From IMG/VR virus record IMGVR_UViG_3300025916_000008, positions 1-40,844 of that record: a stretch of 40,844 nt of DNA; one strand, given 5' to 3'. Made by a program: the position numbers and the translations under genes. The DNA is from a virus (Duplodnaviria; Heunggongvirae; Uroviricota; Caudoviricetes). How positions within the stretch are numbered: the first letter of the stretch is position 1; the number at the start of each line of letters is the position of its first letter. This document shows positions 22,366 through 31,143 of the stretch, piece after piece. Under the pieces are notes generated by a model. That model made no database searches and had not been told where the DNA came from. It saw nothing but the letters and a program-made list of their open reading frames with translations.

Positions 22366-22620
22366 GTGCCGCACTGGTGGAGCGCTTACTGGGCCTGGGT
22401 GGGGTCGAACATCGGGGCGATGCCGGCCGAGTTCGTTATCACGGTCGTGGCGACCCTCGTCTTCCAGAAGCCGATCGCGAGGCTCCTGGCGCTGCTGCGC
22501 AGGGACGTCCACGCGGCGGTAGACAAGGCGCAGGAGGACGCGAAGGCAGCCAGGGAGATAGTCGGTGACCTGTACCGGCACATGACCGGCGAGGACCACC
22601 CGGTCCAGAACGGGAAGTAG
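22366..22620 (+). CDS. Small membrane protein (possible lysis-related)
   Basis: GGAGGAGG RBS; hydrophobic N-terminal half. Confidence 0.65.
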   Translation: MPHWWSAYWAWVGSNIGAMPAEFVITVVATLVFQKPIARLLALLRRDVHAAVDKAQEDAKAAREIVGDLYRHMTGEDHPVQNGK

Positions 22621-22623
22621 CTC

Positions 22624-24726
22624 GTGGCCAACCACCCAGGAGCGGCAGCGCTCACCGGCAGCGGGACTATCACGCCGCACGGCACGGCCACCCGCCGTAA
22701 GTCCGCCGCCCTGTCCGGCTCGGGCACCTTCACCGCCCACGAGAAGAACGCATACCCGGTGGCGGCCCTGTCGGGATCGGGGAGCTTCACCGCGAACGGG
22801 CGGCGTCAGATCCCGGTGACGTTCCAGGCGGGCGCTTCGCTGTCGGTGAGCGCCCGGGTCATCAAGAACGCCACCGCCGCGCTGGCGGCTGCCCCGGTGC
22901 TCACCGCCACCGGGTTCGTGCCGATGATGGCCGCGCGCCCCGTGCTGGCCGCCACGGCGAAGGTGACCGAGGTGGCCGCCGCCGCCTTCACTGCGCCGGG
23001 CACCCTGACGGCGGCCACGTCGCAGTCGGCCGCGCACCTGTCGGCCGCGCCCGCGCTGCTGGCCCCCGGGCGGATGGCCGCCGCCCGCCTGCTGGCGGGC
23101 ACCTCGATGTCGGTGTCCGGCACGTACTTCATGCCGGGCGCTGCGGCGCTGTTCGCCGGCCCTGTCCTGTCGGCTGCGGCGAGGGTCACCGAGCTTCCCT
23201 CCGTTCACCTGAGCGCGCCCGCCTCGATGTCCGTCCCGTCGTCCCTGCGGGTGCAGGCGTCGGCTGCCTTCCACGGCGGGGCGGCCCTGTCGGCGGCCCC
23301 GTTCACCGCCTCCGCCCACCTGTCGGCCGCGCCCGCGCTGAGCGCGGCTGGCACCGGGACCGACTTCGCGCACGCGGCGCTGAGCGCACCGGGTTCCGTC
23401 ACCTTCCACGGACAGGTCACGCGCAAGCCCAGGGCGGCCCTCAGCGGCTCCGGGACGATCCACTCGCGTGGTACGACCGTCAAGTTCGCCAGCGCCGCCC
23501 TGAGGGCTTCTGCGGCCCTCCGGGCGGCAGGGGTGCGCGGCGTCGCGGCGCACTCCGCGCTGACGGCGGCGGCGCACCTCTCAGCGGGCGCGCTCCGCTC
23601 GGCGGCGGGCCGGGCGGCGCTGTCCGCCCAGGTAAGCGCCTTCGTCTCGGCCCAGGTGACACCTGGCGTGCGCCTGAGCGCCGCCGCCGTGCTGTCCGGC
23701 TCGGCGGTCCTCAGCCGGACGGTGCGGTCCACGCTGTCCAGCGGGGCGAGGCTCACCGCGACCGCGCACGGCACGGCGTTCCCGCGCGCCGCCTTCACCG
23801 CCCCCGGTGCCCTTGCCGCCGTGCCGCTCGGGGTGGTCAAGGGCGGCGAGGCGATGGCCGCCAGCCCGTCGCTGCGGGCGGCGGCCAGCACCAGGCCGAG
23901 GCTGCCGTTCCCGCAGCCGCCGGGCAGGCAGCAGGCCGCCTGGGAGCGGGACGTCCAGCGCTTCGCGATCGTCCAGGAGCGACAGCGGCACGCCCAGGCG
24001 CTTTGGCAGTACGGCGAGCTGGTGATGTTCGCCCTGATGTGGAAGCCCGAGGACATCACCTCTGGGCTGGCGCGACGGTGCACCCGCTGCTACGTCCCCG
24101 CCCAGGTGATCAGCGACCTGCCCCCGGAGACGCCGCCGCCGCTGGGATGGCCGACGGCATCCACGGAAGCTCAGATCAGCGCCGCCTACGGGCAGGGCAC
24201 CCAGTTCCGCTGCCCGCTGTGCTTCGGCACCCAGGTGATCGCGGCCGGGACGGTGAAGGTACCCGGCGTACGGGCGCTGCTGGTGCGCCCGGCGATCCTC
24301 ACCGACACCGACCAGAACCAGCAGCGCACCGCGCGGGGCGTCGTCAACACCGGGAGCGTGCAGGTGCAGTCGACGCCTGACTTCCGGGTGCACACCCTGG
24401 ACTACCTGTTCCGGTCAGACGGGCGGCGCTACCAGCTCTCGGTGCCGTCCCGGACGACGCTGCGCACCGGGTTCGGCTCCCCGTGGCAGGACGCGGCCGG
24501 GATCAGCTACAACGTCTCGAACGCCAGCCTGGAGGACCCGGACGCCTCGGTGGCGTACGCCATCGCCCCGCTGGCCGCCGAGCTGGCGCAGGTGCTCGGC
24601 ACCTACACCAGGGTCCCGGCTGACTACGCCTGGGTCGAGCAGGTGAACGGGCCGCTGATCCCCGGCGAGGACCCGCCGCCCGCCGCGTACGGGCTGTATC
24701 AGCCGCCGGCCTCAGCGGGCGTCTGA
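22624..24726 (+). CDS. Virion protein: Ala-rich repeat N-terminus fused to CxxC-containing head-completion-like domain
   Basis: ~420 aa of AALSA/AAP repeats, then RCTRC...CPLCFGT domain; function inferred. Confidence 0.6.
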   Translation: MANHPGAAALTGSGTITPHGTATRRKSAALSGSGTFTAHEKNAYPVAALSGSGSFTANGRRQIPVTFQAGASLSVSARVIKNATAALAAAPVLTATGFVPMMAARPVLAATAKVTEVAAAAFTAPGTLTAATSQSAAHLSAAPALLAPGRMAAARLLAGTSMSVSGTYFMPGAAALFAGPVLSAAARVTELPSVHLSAPASMSVPSSLRVQASAAFHGGAALSAAPFTASAHLSAAPALSAAGTGTDFAHAALSAPGSVTFHGQVTRKPRAALSGSGTIHSRGTTVKFASAALRASAALRAAGVRGVAAHSALTAAAHLSAGALRSAAGRAALSAQVSAFVSAQVTPGVRLSAAAVLSGSAVLSRTVRSTLSSGARLTATAHGTAFPRAAFTAPGALAAVPLGVVKGGEAMAASPSLRAAASTRPRLPFPQPPGRQQAAWERDVQRFAIVQERQRHAQALWQYGELVMFALMWKPEDITSGLARRCTRCYVPAQVISDLPPETPPPLGWPTASTEAQISAAYGQGTQFRCPLCFGTQVIAAGTVKVPGVRALLVRPAILTDTDQNQQRTARGVVNTGSVQVQSTPDFRVHTLDYLFRSDGRRYQLSVPSRTTLRTGFGSPWQDAAGISYNVSNASLEDPDASVAYAIAPLAAELAQVLGTYTRVPADYAWVEQVNGPLIPGEDPPPAAYGLYQPPASAGV

Positions 24727-24932
24727 CCGAAGTCGTCGAACTCGCCGTTCATCACGCCGCCCAGGAAGTCGCGCCACTCGCCCGGGGTGTAGGTGAGGAC
24801 GCCCTGGGCGTGGTCCTGGCCGTTGCGGACCTGGGCGCTCCCGTCGGAGAGAAGCTGGACCTCGACGGAGTTGCCGGCGGCGGAGAGGCTCGACTTGAAC
24901 CATGGCTTACTGACAGTAACGTCATGTGACAT
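24699..24932 (-). CDS. DUF397 (BldB/AbaA-like) family protein
   Basis: WFKSS.S...NSVEV...VRN...G.LTYTP.EW.DFL.GV..GEF matches the DUF397 pattern; TAGAAT 7 nt before ATG. Confidence 0.85.
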   Translation of the reverse strand: MSHDVTVSKPWFKSSLSAAGNSVEVQLLSDGSAQVRNGQDHAQGVLTYTPGEWRDFLGGVMNGEFDDFGQTPAEAGG

Positions 24933-25042
24933 ATCAGTGATTCTATGCAATAATCCTCGCAAGCACCCGGATTTGGCGGCCCATTCCGGGTGCTTTTCTA
25001 ATCCCTGTGCACCTCAATCGCATCGCCTGGTACGTTATGTCC

Positions 25043-25188
25043 CGAGCACAAGCTGAGGTTCAGGCTGAGGCTGACACGCTCCCACATTGACCGGAAGGCC
25101 CTGGTTCGACTCCAGGTCCCGGCACCCGCGCCGGGATAGCTCAGGGAGAGCACCCGGAGGGAGCCTCAGGATCAGGATGTGACGCTCG
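25043..25188 (+). ncRNA. YrlA-like Y RNA #1 (permuted tRNA core on long stem)
   Basis: T arm 25100-25116, closed acceptor hairpin TCCCGGC/GCCGGGA, D arm 25139-25151, long bulged terminal stem; TGG-TACGTT -10 at ~25028-25036. Confidence 0.8.
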
Positions 25189-25196
25189 AAGCTGAA

Positions 25197-25364
25197 GCTC
25201 GCGCCAGCACGTGCAGATCCACCTGGTGGCCGCAGACGACAAGAAGCTGCGGGTTCGAGTCCCGCCCGGGGCGCTCCGTGCCCCGGTGGTCCAAGGGCAA
25301 GACGTCTTCCGTTCAGGATGACGGCCACCCGACAGCCGCTGCACGCGGACCTGGTGCCAGGAGC
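25197..25364 (+). ncRNA. YrlA-like Y RNA #2
   Basis: T arm 25249-25265, closed acceptor hairpin CCGGGGC/GCCCCGG, D arm GTC/GAC, stems GGTGGCCG/CGGCCACC, CGTGCAG/CTGCACG, GCGCCAG/CTGGTGC. Confidence 0.8.
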
Positions 25365-25453
25365 GAACCTGATAAGTCCGTAATCCTGATTACGTCGCCC
25401 CGGCGTACACGGCAAAGGTGCGCCGGGGCACCAAAGCACCCACGGGGAGAGGC

Positions 25454-26212
25454 ATGACGCAGACGCTCGGGCAGGTAGTGGCGGCGGAGGCAGCGGCGCG
25501 GGCCGATGCCAACAAGCGCGGCGGGACGCTGCACAAGCAGGGCCAGAAGACCGACCTCTTCGAGGGGTTCGACACCACGTACTCGCCGTTCGCCGAGGCG
25601 GACGACGGGAGCGACTCCCGGGCGCTCCAGCGCCCCCCGGAGGGCAAGCGCGTCCAGCTCGTCGCCGAGGACCTGCTGCGCGAGTTCATGAACGAGATGC
25701 GCAGCGCCATCGACCTGGCCGCCGTCAAGGACGAGGCCAACTGCCGGGCGAGGGCCGACGTGATCACGCCCGGCGGCCTGGTCCTGCTGACCGCCGTCCC
25801 GGCCACCCACCTGCTGCACATGGAGAAGGTGCTGGAAGACTTCGCGACCTTCATCGCCAAGCTCCCGGTCCGCGACCCGGCCATCGACTGGACCTACAGC
25901 CCCGACGACCGGATGGCCCACTCCCCGGCGACCTTCACCAACAGCGAGGAGGTCCGGACGAAGGCGCTGGTTATCGTCGCGCCGACGCAGTACCAGGCCG
26001 GCCAGGGGACCACCTACCAGGAGCGCGTCGCCGTCGGCCGCCGCACCACCGTCCGGCACACCGGGGCGCTGTCGGTGCAGCGCAAGCGCGACCTGGAGCG
26101 GCGCGTCGCCGAGCTGAAGGTCGCCTTCAAGCAGGCCCGGGAGGCGGCGAACCGCGTGGAGGCCGCCGACGTCCGGGAGGCCGACGAGCTGTTCGGCTAT
26201 ATCCTGGGATAG
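25454..26212 (+). CDS. Conserved actinobacterial/phage helical protein of unknown function
   Basis: L.Q..A.E...K...L..G...TY.P...P.E.K.VQ..AED...KLPV.D...W...TGAL...R...L..RV..LK.A.K.AREAAN...LFGYI recalls a widespread Streptomyces hypothetical family. Confidence 0.8.
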   Translation: MTQTLGQVVAAEAAARADANKRGGTLHKQGQKTDLFEGFDTTYSPFAEADDGSDSRALQRPPEGKRVQLVAEDLLREFMNEMRSAIDLAAVKDEANCRARADVITPGGLVLLTAVPATHLLHMEKVLEDFATFIAKLPVRDPAIDWTYSPDDRMAHSPATFTNSEEVRTKALVIVAPTQYQAGQGTTYQERVAVGRRTTVRHTGALSVQRKRDLERRVAELKVAFKQAREAANRVEAADVREADELFGYILG

Positions 26213-26224
26213 CCCGGAGACGGG

Positions 26225-26259
26225 AAAGAGCCCCGGCGACGTAACCGCCGGGGCTCTTT
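26225..26259. terminator. Bidirectional intrinsic terminator
   Basis: AAAGAGCCCCGGCG-loop-CGCCGGGGCTCTTT between convergent genes. Confidence 0.85.
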
Positions 26260-26268
26260 GCCTGCCTG

Positions 26269-26547
26269 CTACCGCTGGCCGTCCGGGTGGACTTCCATCA
26301 CCACCGCGCCCATGGGGTCCTCGCACCGGCCCCGTTCGGCGTGCAGGTGCTGCACCACGTACTGGGTCTCGCCGAGGTCATGGAGCGCGCATACCAGCCC
26401 GACCGCGCTGAGGGCCATCACCGAGGTGCTGACGGTGACGCGGGGAACCCCCGCCTCGGCGGCGATCAGCTTCGCGCTGACCTTGCCGGGGCCGAGGTCC
26501 CGCAGGACGGCCAGCACCCTGGCGTCGGCTTCCTCAGGAGTCATCAT
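26269..26547 (-). CDS. Small winged-HTH DNA-binding protein
   Basis: SAKLIAAEAGVPRVTVSTSVMALSAVGLV HTH pattern; GGAGGAAG RBS. Confidence 0.65.
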   Translation of the reverse strand: MMTPEEADARVLAVLRDLGPGKVSAKLIAAEAGVPRVTVSTSVMALSAVGLVCALHDLGETQYVVQHLHAERGRCEDPMGAVVMEVHPDGQR

Positions 26548-26588
26548 GTGGCTTCCTCCCCTGCTTCCAGGCTGGCACGACGGGGAGG

Positions 26589-27701
26589 CTACCGGAAGAC
26601 AAGAAGCCGCGTTCCCGGGAACAGGTTCCGGTTGTGGGAGGTGGACTGGACGAACACGGTCATCCCCGGCTTCGGGGTCGGCGCGACCGTGACCTCGTAG
26701 CCGTCGGGGAGCCCGACGAGCCCGCGCACCTGGTCGAGCGACCCAGAGTAGACGCGCCGTTCGTCCTGGGGACGCTCGGGGGCCACCTCGATGGCCACGC
26801 TCTTGTACGACTGGATCTTGGCCCGGTCGGTGAACTGGTAGTAGCACTTGCCCTTCGGGTAGGCGCGCCCCTGGTCAGCGAAGACCTTCTCGATGCCGAT
26901 CTTGCCGCGCGGGCCGCCGCACATGGCATCGGTGATGTCGATGAAGTAGTAGCTGCCCGGAGTCATCGGGACGAGGACGCTCTTCACGTCGGCTGCGGAG
27001 AAGTCGCGCATCTCGAACAGGCCGCCGCCGGACCGGACGCTGTAGCCCCGGACTCCCTGGGCGCGGGCCGCCATGTAGGACTCGGCGACGTCGCCCATGA
27101 GGGTGGCCGCCTCCTCGATCCCCTGCTCGGAGGTCGAGTCCCAGACGCTGATGTTAGAGGCCGGGAAGCCGAACTGCTGAGCCTGCACCTTGCCCATCTG
27201 GTCCGGGACGAACAGGCCGTAGGTCTCGTTGTCCGGGGCGGAGGCCAGTGCCCTGGACCACTCGGAGATCACCCGGGACTGGTTCTCGCGGGTGCGGGGG
27301 AAGTAGCTGTCGTTCTCTTCCCCGTCGGTCCAGCCGAAGACGACGAAGGAGTGGTTGCCGTACTTGACCGGGATCTCCCGCAGGTCGCTCATGGCGAGCT
27401 GGAAGGTCTGGAGGAGCGCGGTGTTCCCGTGCGGGTGGTAGAGCCCCTCCAGTGAGGGCACCCTCAGGACGTCCATGTCGTAGATGACGCACTTTTGGGT
27501 CCCGTAGGAGTTGAAGAAGTACACCGTGATCCGGGTCTCCTGGCCGGCCGTCTTCGAGGTGACGGCCAGGCGGGCGATGAAAGCGTCGAAGACGCGGACC
27601 ACGGCCGCCCGGAGGCCCCGCATGGACAGTGACTCGTCCACGATCAGGATGAAGTGGTTGATGTAGTTGGCCGGCTCACTGGCCGTCGCGCCTACGGGCA
27701 T
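26589..27701 (-). CDS. von Willebrand factor A (MIDAS) domain protein
   Basis: ILIVDESLSM (DxSxS), GNTAL, WTDGEEN motifs. Confidence 0.8.
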   Translation of the reverse strand: MPVGATASEPANYINHFILIVDESLSMRGLRAAVVRVFDAFIARLAVTSKTAGQETRITVYFFNSYGTQKCVIYDMDVLRVPSLEGLYHPHGNTALLQTFQLAMSDLREIPVKYGNHSFVVFGWTDGEENDSYFPRTRENQSRVISEWSRALASAPDNETYGLFVPDQMGKVQAQQFGFPASNISVWDSTSEQGIEEAATLMGDVAESYMAARAQGVRGYSVRSGGGLFEMRDFSAADVKSVLVPMTPGSYYFIDITDAMCGGPRGKIGIEKVFADQGRAYPKGKCYYQFTDRAKIQSYKSVAIEVAPERPQDERRVYSGSLDQVRGLVGLPDGYEVTVAPTPKPGMTVFVQSTSHNRNLFPGTRLLVFR

Positions 27702-27732
27702 TTTCTCCTCCGGTTATCTTGTTTTCCTGTAT

Positions 27733-28029
27733 TTAGTTTAGCGGAGGGGTCTGACATTCGGGAGCGGGACCTGGCCTCCGGCTCGTCCAGTCGCGACAGT
27801 TCCCGCAGTATCCCTCGCGGATGTCGTCGGGGCTGTAGCTGGTCATCAGGCAGCGCGGGCAGGTAATGCAGGGCTGCCCGAGGACGGGCGACCAGCAGAC
27901 CGCGATCCCGTTGGCGTCGCGAACCGACGCCACGTTCCGCTCGAAGGAGACGATGAAGTGGAGGTTGCGCTGCATCTCGCCGATGACCTCACGGGACAGC
28001 CAGCGCCTCAGCCGGGGGAAAAGTGGCAC
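27733..28029 (-). CDS. Small Zn-finger-like protein (leaderless)
   Basis: CPRC...YCGNC; TAGCAT 6 nt before GTG. Confidence 0.65.
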   Translation of the reverse strand: MPLFPRLRRWLSREVIGEMQRNLHFIVSFERNVASVRDANGIAVCWSPVLGQPCITCPRCLMTSYSPDDIREGYCGNCRDWTSRRPGPAPECQTPPLN

Positions 28030-28038
28030 GCGGGCATG

Positions 28039-28353
28039 CTAGCCCGGTTCCTCGTCGATGACGGTGCAGTCGTCGTGGATGATGACGTCGCCCTCGCCCC
28101 CGGCGACGAACTCGCAGCGGTCGTGCTTAACGAACCTCCACTGGCCGGGAGCATAGTCCGAGACGGTGATCACCGCGATGCCCAGCAGCGACACCACGGA
28201 GCCTCCCCAGGTGACCATGAACTCGGGGGGCTTCTCCCGCGTCCTGGCGGCCAGCTCGCCGCTGACGTCCCTGGCGCAGGTGATCACCTTCCAGCCGGGC
28301 TGCCCGTGGACCAGGGCGATATCGGCCATCAGCCGGTCGATGTGGTCGGCCAC
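28039..28353 (-). CDS. Hypothetical protein (leaderless)
   Basis: TAGCCT 6 nt before GTG. Confidence 0.6.
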   Translation of the reverse strand: MADHIDRLMADIALVHGQPGWKVITCARDVSGELAARTREKPPEFMVTWGGSVVSLLGIAVITVSDYAPGQWRFVKHDRCEFVAGGEGDVIIHDDCTVIDEEPG

Positions 28354-28357
28354 GCGG

Positions 28358-28702
28358 TCAGGCTATCCCGGCGCTGCGGCGGGCCAGCACCGCATGGGTA
28401 GCCCCCGACTTGATCCAGTTCTCGATCAGCATCGACGCCGAGGCCCCGCCGGGGCAGAGGCGGAAGGCGTCCAGGTCGTCGCGGTCCAGGACGATGAAGT
28501 GCTCCTGCTGGGCGCGCAGCGCGGCGATCTCCACCTGGCGGGCGGCCGGCTCCGGGATGATCACCACGAAGGTCCCCATCCCGGCGGGCAGGTAGAAGTC
28601 GGCCGCCTGCATCCCGGCGTCCTCCTGGTCCCACGCGGTGATCCCGTGGAATGAGCACAGCCCGTAGAACAGGGCGCGCAGCCCCTTGCCGTTATCGTCC
28701 AC
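28358..28702 (-). CDS. Hypothetical protein
   Basis: Tightly packed minus-strand cassette; ADFYLP may hint at a restriction-like fold. Confidence 0.5.
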   Translation of the reverse strand: MDDNGKGLRALFYGLCSFHGITAWDQEDAGMQAADFYLPAGMGTFVVIIPEPAARQVEIAALRAQQEHFIVLDRDDLDAFRLCPGGASASMLIENWIKSGATHAVLARRSAGIA

Positions 28703-28916
28703 GGGACAGCACCCGGTCTACGTCCTGCGCGCTGTACGCGCCGGCCGCCTCGCACACGTCCTTCGCCAGCTCGAACAGGGCGCGGACGGTGCCGAGGGTG
28801 AGGGGCGGGTAGCTCCAGGCGCTCAGGAGGGTGACGTCCAGCTCGTCCTGCGATTCTTCCAGCAGGGCAAGCCACGGGGCCACCTCGGCGACGGCCTGGC
28901 TCAGCGGGACGCTCAT
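28692..28916 (-). CDS. Hypothetical protein
   Basis: ATGA-coupled start (MSVPLSQAV...). Confidence 0.55.
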   Translation of the reverse strand: MSVPLSQAVAEVAPWLALLEESQDELDVTLLSAWSYPPLTLGTVRALFELAKDVCEAAGAYSAQDVDRVLSRGR

Positions 28917-29254
28917 GGTGCTTCCCGGCGCGGCTGGCTCCTCCTGCCCGGGAAGCACCCCGGGCAGCCCTCGACCGTGCCGTCGTCGTCGTGGGTGTGA
29001 ATGAAGGCCGGGGCAGCCTCGGCCACCTGCTCGTCGAGGAACCCGGCCATCTCCTTGTGCCGGTCGGGGAGCCTGGTCCACGCCTCCCACAGGATCTCCC
29101 GGATGGCCGCCACGCCCGCGCGGTCCCCCATCTCGTCGAGGTCGTAGATGATCCGGTCGACGATCAGCCACTTGGTCTCGGCGTCGGTGAACTTGCACGC
29201 CTGGAGCCCGGCGCGGATCTGGAGCGCCCTCGCGGCGCTGTTGCTCAGCATCAC
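28913..29254 (-). CDS. Hypothetical protein
   Basis: GTGA-coupled start (MMLSNSAAR...). Confidence 0.6.
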   Translation of the reverse strand: MMLSNSAARALQIRAGLQACKFTDAETKWLIVDRIIYDLDEMGDRAGVAAIREILWEAWTRLPDRHKEMAGFLDEQVAEAAPAFIHTHDDDGTVEGCPGCFPGRRSQPRREAP

Positions 29255-29553
29255 GGCCTCGCGAAGGTGAAGTACGGCCGGTAGGTCTCGTTGAAGCCGG
29301 GCTTGTCGTAGGTGACTCCCCACCCGGCGGCCCGGTAGACGGACTCGACGTCGAGCAGGTGACGATCGTAGATCTCCTGGTGGGAGATCCCGAGGCGCTC
29401 GGAGATGGCCTCGGCCGCGTCGTCCTGCATGACGATCGCGGAGCGGCCGTCCCAGGCCTCGGCGATCAGCTCGTTGAACACGTCGGTTACTTCATCGGGA
29501 AGAGCGGCGGCCTTGGCGGCGGTTACGTCCTCGGGCCGGATCGGATTTGCCAT
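29251..29553 (-). CDS. Conserved phage hypothetical protein (leaderless)
   Basis: DVE..YRAAGW.V.YDKPGFNETY..YFTF motif recalled from many phages; ATACAG-N10-TAAGCT promoter. Confidence 0.8.
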   Translation of the reverse strand: MANPIRPEDVTAAKAAALPDEVTDVFNELIAEAWDGRSAIVMQDDAAEAISERLGISHQEIYDRHLLDVESVYRAAGWGVTYDKPGFNETYRPYFTFARP

Positions 29554-29588
29554 GAATGCAGCTTATCAAGGAAGGCTGTATTTGCCTA

Positions 29589-29951
29589 CTACCCGGTGAG
29601 CAGGACGTCTTCCGTCACGATGACCAGCCGCCAGGTGCCCTCCGGGACGTCCATGGTGACCTTCGCGGGCACCTGGAAATGGTCGATCGGGTCGCCGGTT
29701 ATCCCGGACGCCCCCCACAGGTCGCGGCAGAGCATCATGGCGCGGCGGACCGACGGGTGCATCTCCAGCCGGAGCCCCTCCGGGAAGATCATCTGCGGGC
29801 CGTAGTGCTCGGCCAGGTACCCGCTCGACTTCGTGAACAAGTCGCGGGTCACCTGGTCGGCCTTGTCCCAGCCGGGGCACCCCCCGCCGTGCGGCTCGCG
29901 GTGCGGCTCGTGCAGGTCGTAGTTCCCGCAGCGGGACCAGGGGAGGGGCAT
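29589..29951 (-). CDS. Hypothetical protein
   Basis: ORF in accessory cassette; C..H..H...CPG motif. Confidence 0.55.
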   Translation of the reverse strand: MPLPWSRCGNYDLHEPHREPHGGGCPGWDKADQVTRDLFTKSSGYLAEHYGPQMIFPEGLRLEMHPSVRRAMMLCRDLWGASGITGDPIDHFQVPAKVTMDVPEGTWRLVIVTEDVLLTG

Positions 29952-29958
29952 GAAGGGC

Positions 29959-30177
29959 CTACCTCTCGGCCGCTAGCCCGTTGTTGTGCCTCATGCACGC
30001 CTCCTCGGCCAGCTCCGGGGTAACGAAGTGCCCGATCGGGTGATCGTCGTGATAATCCGGGGTGCCCATGTCGGCGTAGACGTTGCAAGGGTTCTGGTGC
30101 CCTGTGCGCCAGTGGCGGCCGACCATGGAGGCGGCAGCCTGGCGGTAGGAGCCGTAAGCCTCGGTGATGCTGCTCAT
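29959..30177 (-). CDS. Hypothetical protein
   Basis: WRTG......YAD......D.PIG motif. Confidence 0.6.
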   Translation of the reverse strand: MSSITEAYGSYRQAAASMVGRHWRTGHQNPCNVYADMGTPDYHDDHPIGHFVTPELAEEACMRHNNGLAAER

Positions 30178-30186
30178 GACGGCAGG

Positions 30187-30456
30187 CTAGCGGTCGCGGA
30201 GCCTCTCGAAGGCCAGGACGAGCAGGAGCACCCGGCAGTCGATGTCCCGGGTGTCGATGCTGTAGCCGTGCGGCACCCCGGCCCGGTCGAGCAGGTGGTG
30301 GGCGTTGCGGATCTCGGCGAACATCTCCCCGGCGTAATGGGTGTCCGGGTCGGGCGCGGTCCAGTTGTTGTTCACCAGGGGATGCGGCTTGAACGCCAGG
30401 TCCTCCAGGACAGACCAGTCCACCTCGCCCCGGCCCGGGAACAGCTCCTCGCTCAC
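30187..30456 (-). CDS. Hypothetical protein
   Basis: GTG start, normal codon pattern. Confidence 0.6.
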   Translation of the reverse strand: MSEELFPGRGEVDWSVLEDLAFKPHPLVNNNWTAPDPDTHYAGEMFAEIRNAHHLLDRAGVPHGYSIDTRDIDCRVLLLVLAFERLRDR

Positions 30457-30789
30457 ATCCTGGTAAGACGGCGCACCGGAGGCGGTTGTCCGGGAACACC
30501 AGGCAGTCTCTCGCGTGCTCGATGACGTAGGGGGAGGTCTTCCCGTCCCCGGTGATCACCTCGGCGTCGCATTCCCCACAGGCGAGAGTGCCTGATTTGG
30601 TCCAGTAGAGGGTCTGCTGCACCCTTATGTCCTCTCCGGCCCCGCCAGGAAGAAACATATACCACCATGACGGGACGGGAAATACCTGAAGCCGGCGGTC
30701 ACCGGGACGTAAGGAAGCCCGCCGCTGATCAATGAGGGAAGAACCATCAACCCTGTCCGGGATCTCCCCCGGCTCTACTGCGGCAGGCC

Positions 30790-31011
30790 TCACTTCTTCA
30801 GGGGCGGCGGCTGTAACTCGTCGTCGCCCAGGCCCTCGGCCATCTCGGTCGTGGGGTCGTTGCTGTCGTCCCCGAAGATCCACTGGAGAACCCCGTAGAC
30901 GGCCTCGGCCGCGTCGTCGAACTCGCCGTTGTCCTGGGCGGCGAACGCCGCCTTCTGGGCGCGGTACCTGGCGGCGTCGATCTCCTCGGTGGTCCGCATG
31001 ATCCTTGGCAT
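30790..31011 (-). CDS. Small acidic hypothetical protein
   Basis: GAGGAG RBS. Confidence 0.65.
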   Translation of the reverse strand: MPRIMRTTEEIDAARYRAQKAAFAAQDNGEFDDAAEAVYGVLQWIFGDDSNDPTTEMAEGLGDDELQPPPLKK

Positions 31012-31143
31012 TGACTGCTCCTCGCTGGTGATGTCCGGCGGGGTGCTGCGTGCCGTGGCGTTCCGCTCCCGTAGGGCGGTGATCCGTGGGATCAGTCACT
31101 TCCCTGATGCCACGAGTATATCAAGGAAAGCTGTATTTTCCTA

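Noticed and set aside
29849-31099. 416-aa minus-strand ORF, with a plausible CxxC segment near 30480-30620
   Set aside because: It overlaps several better same-strand genes in other frames; a short real gene or frameshift near 30.45-30.62 kb cannot be resolved by eye.
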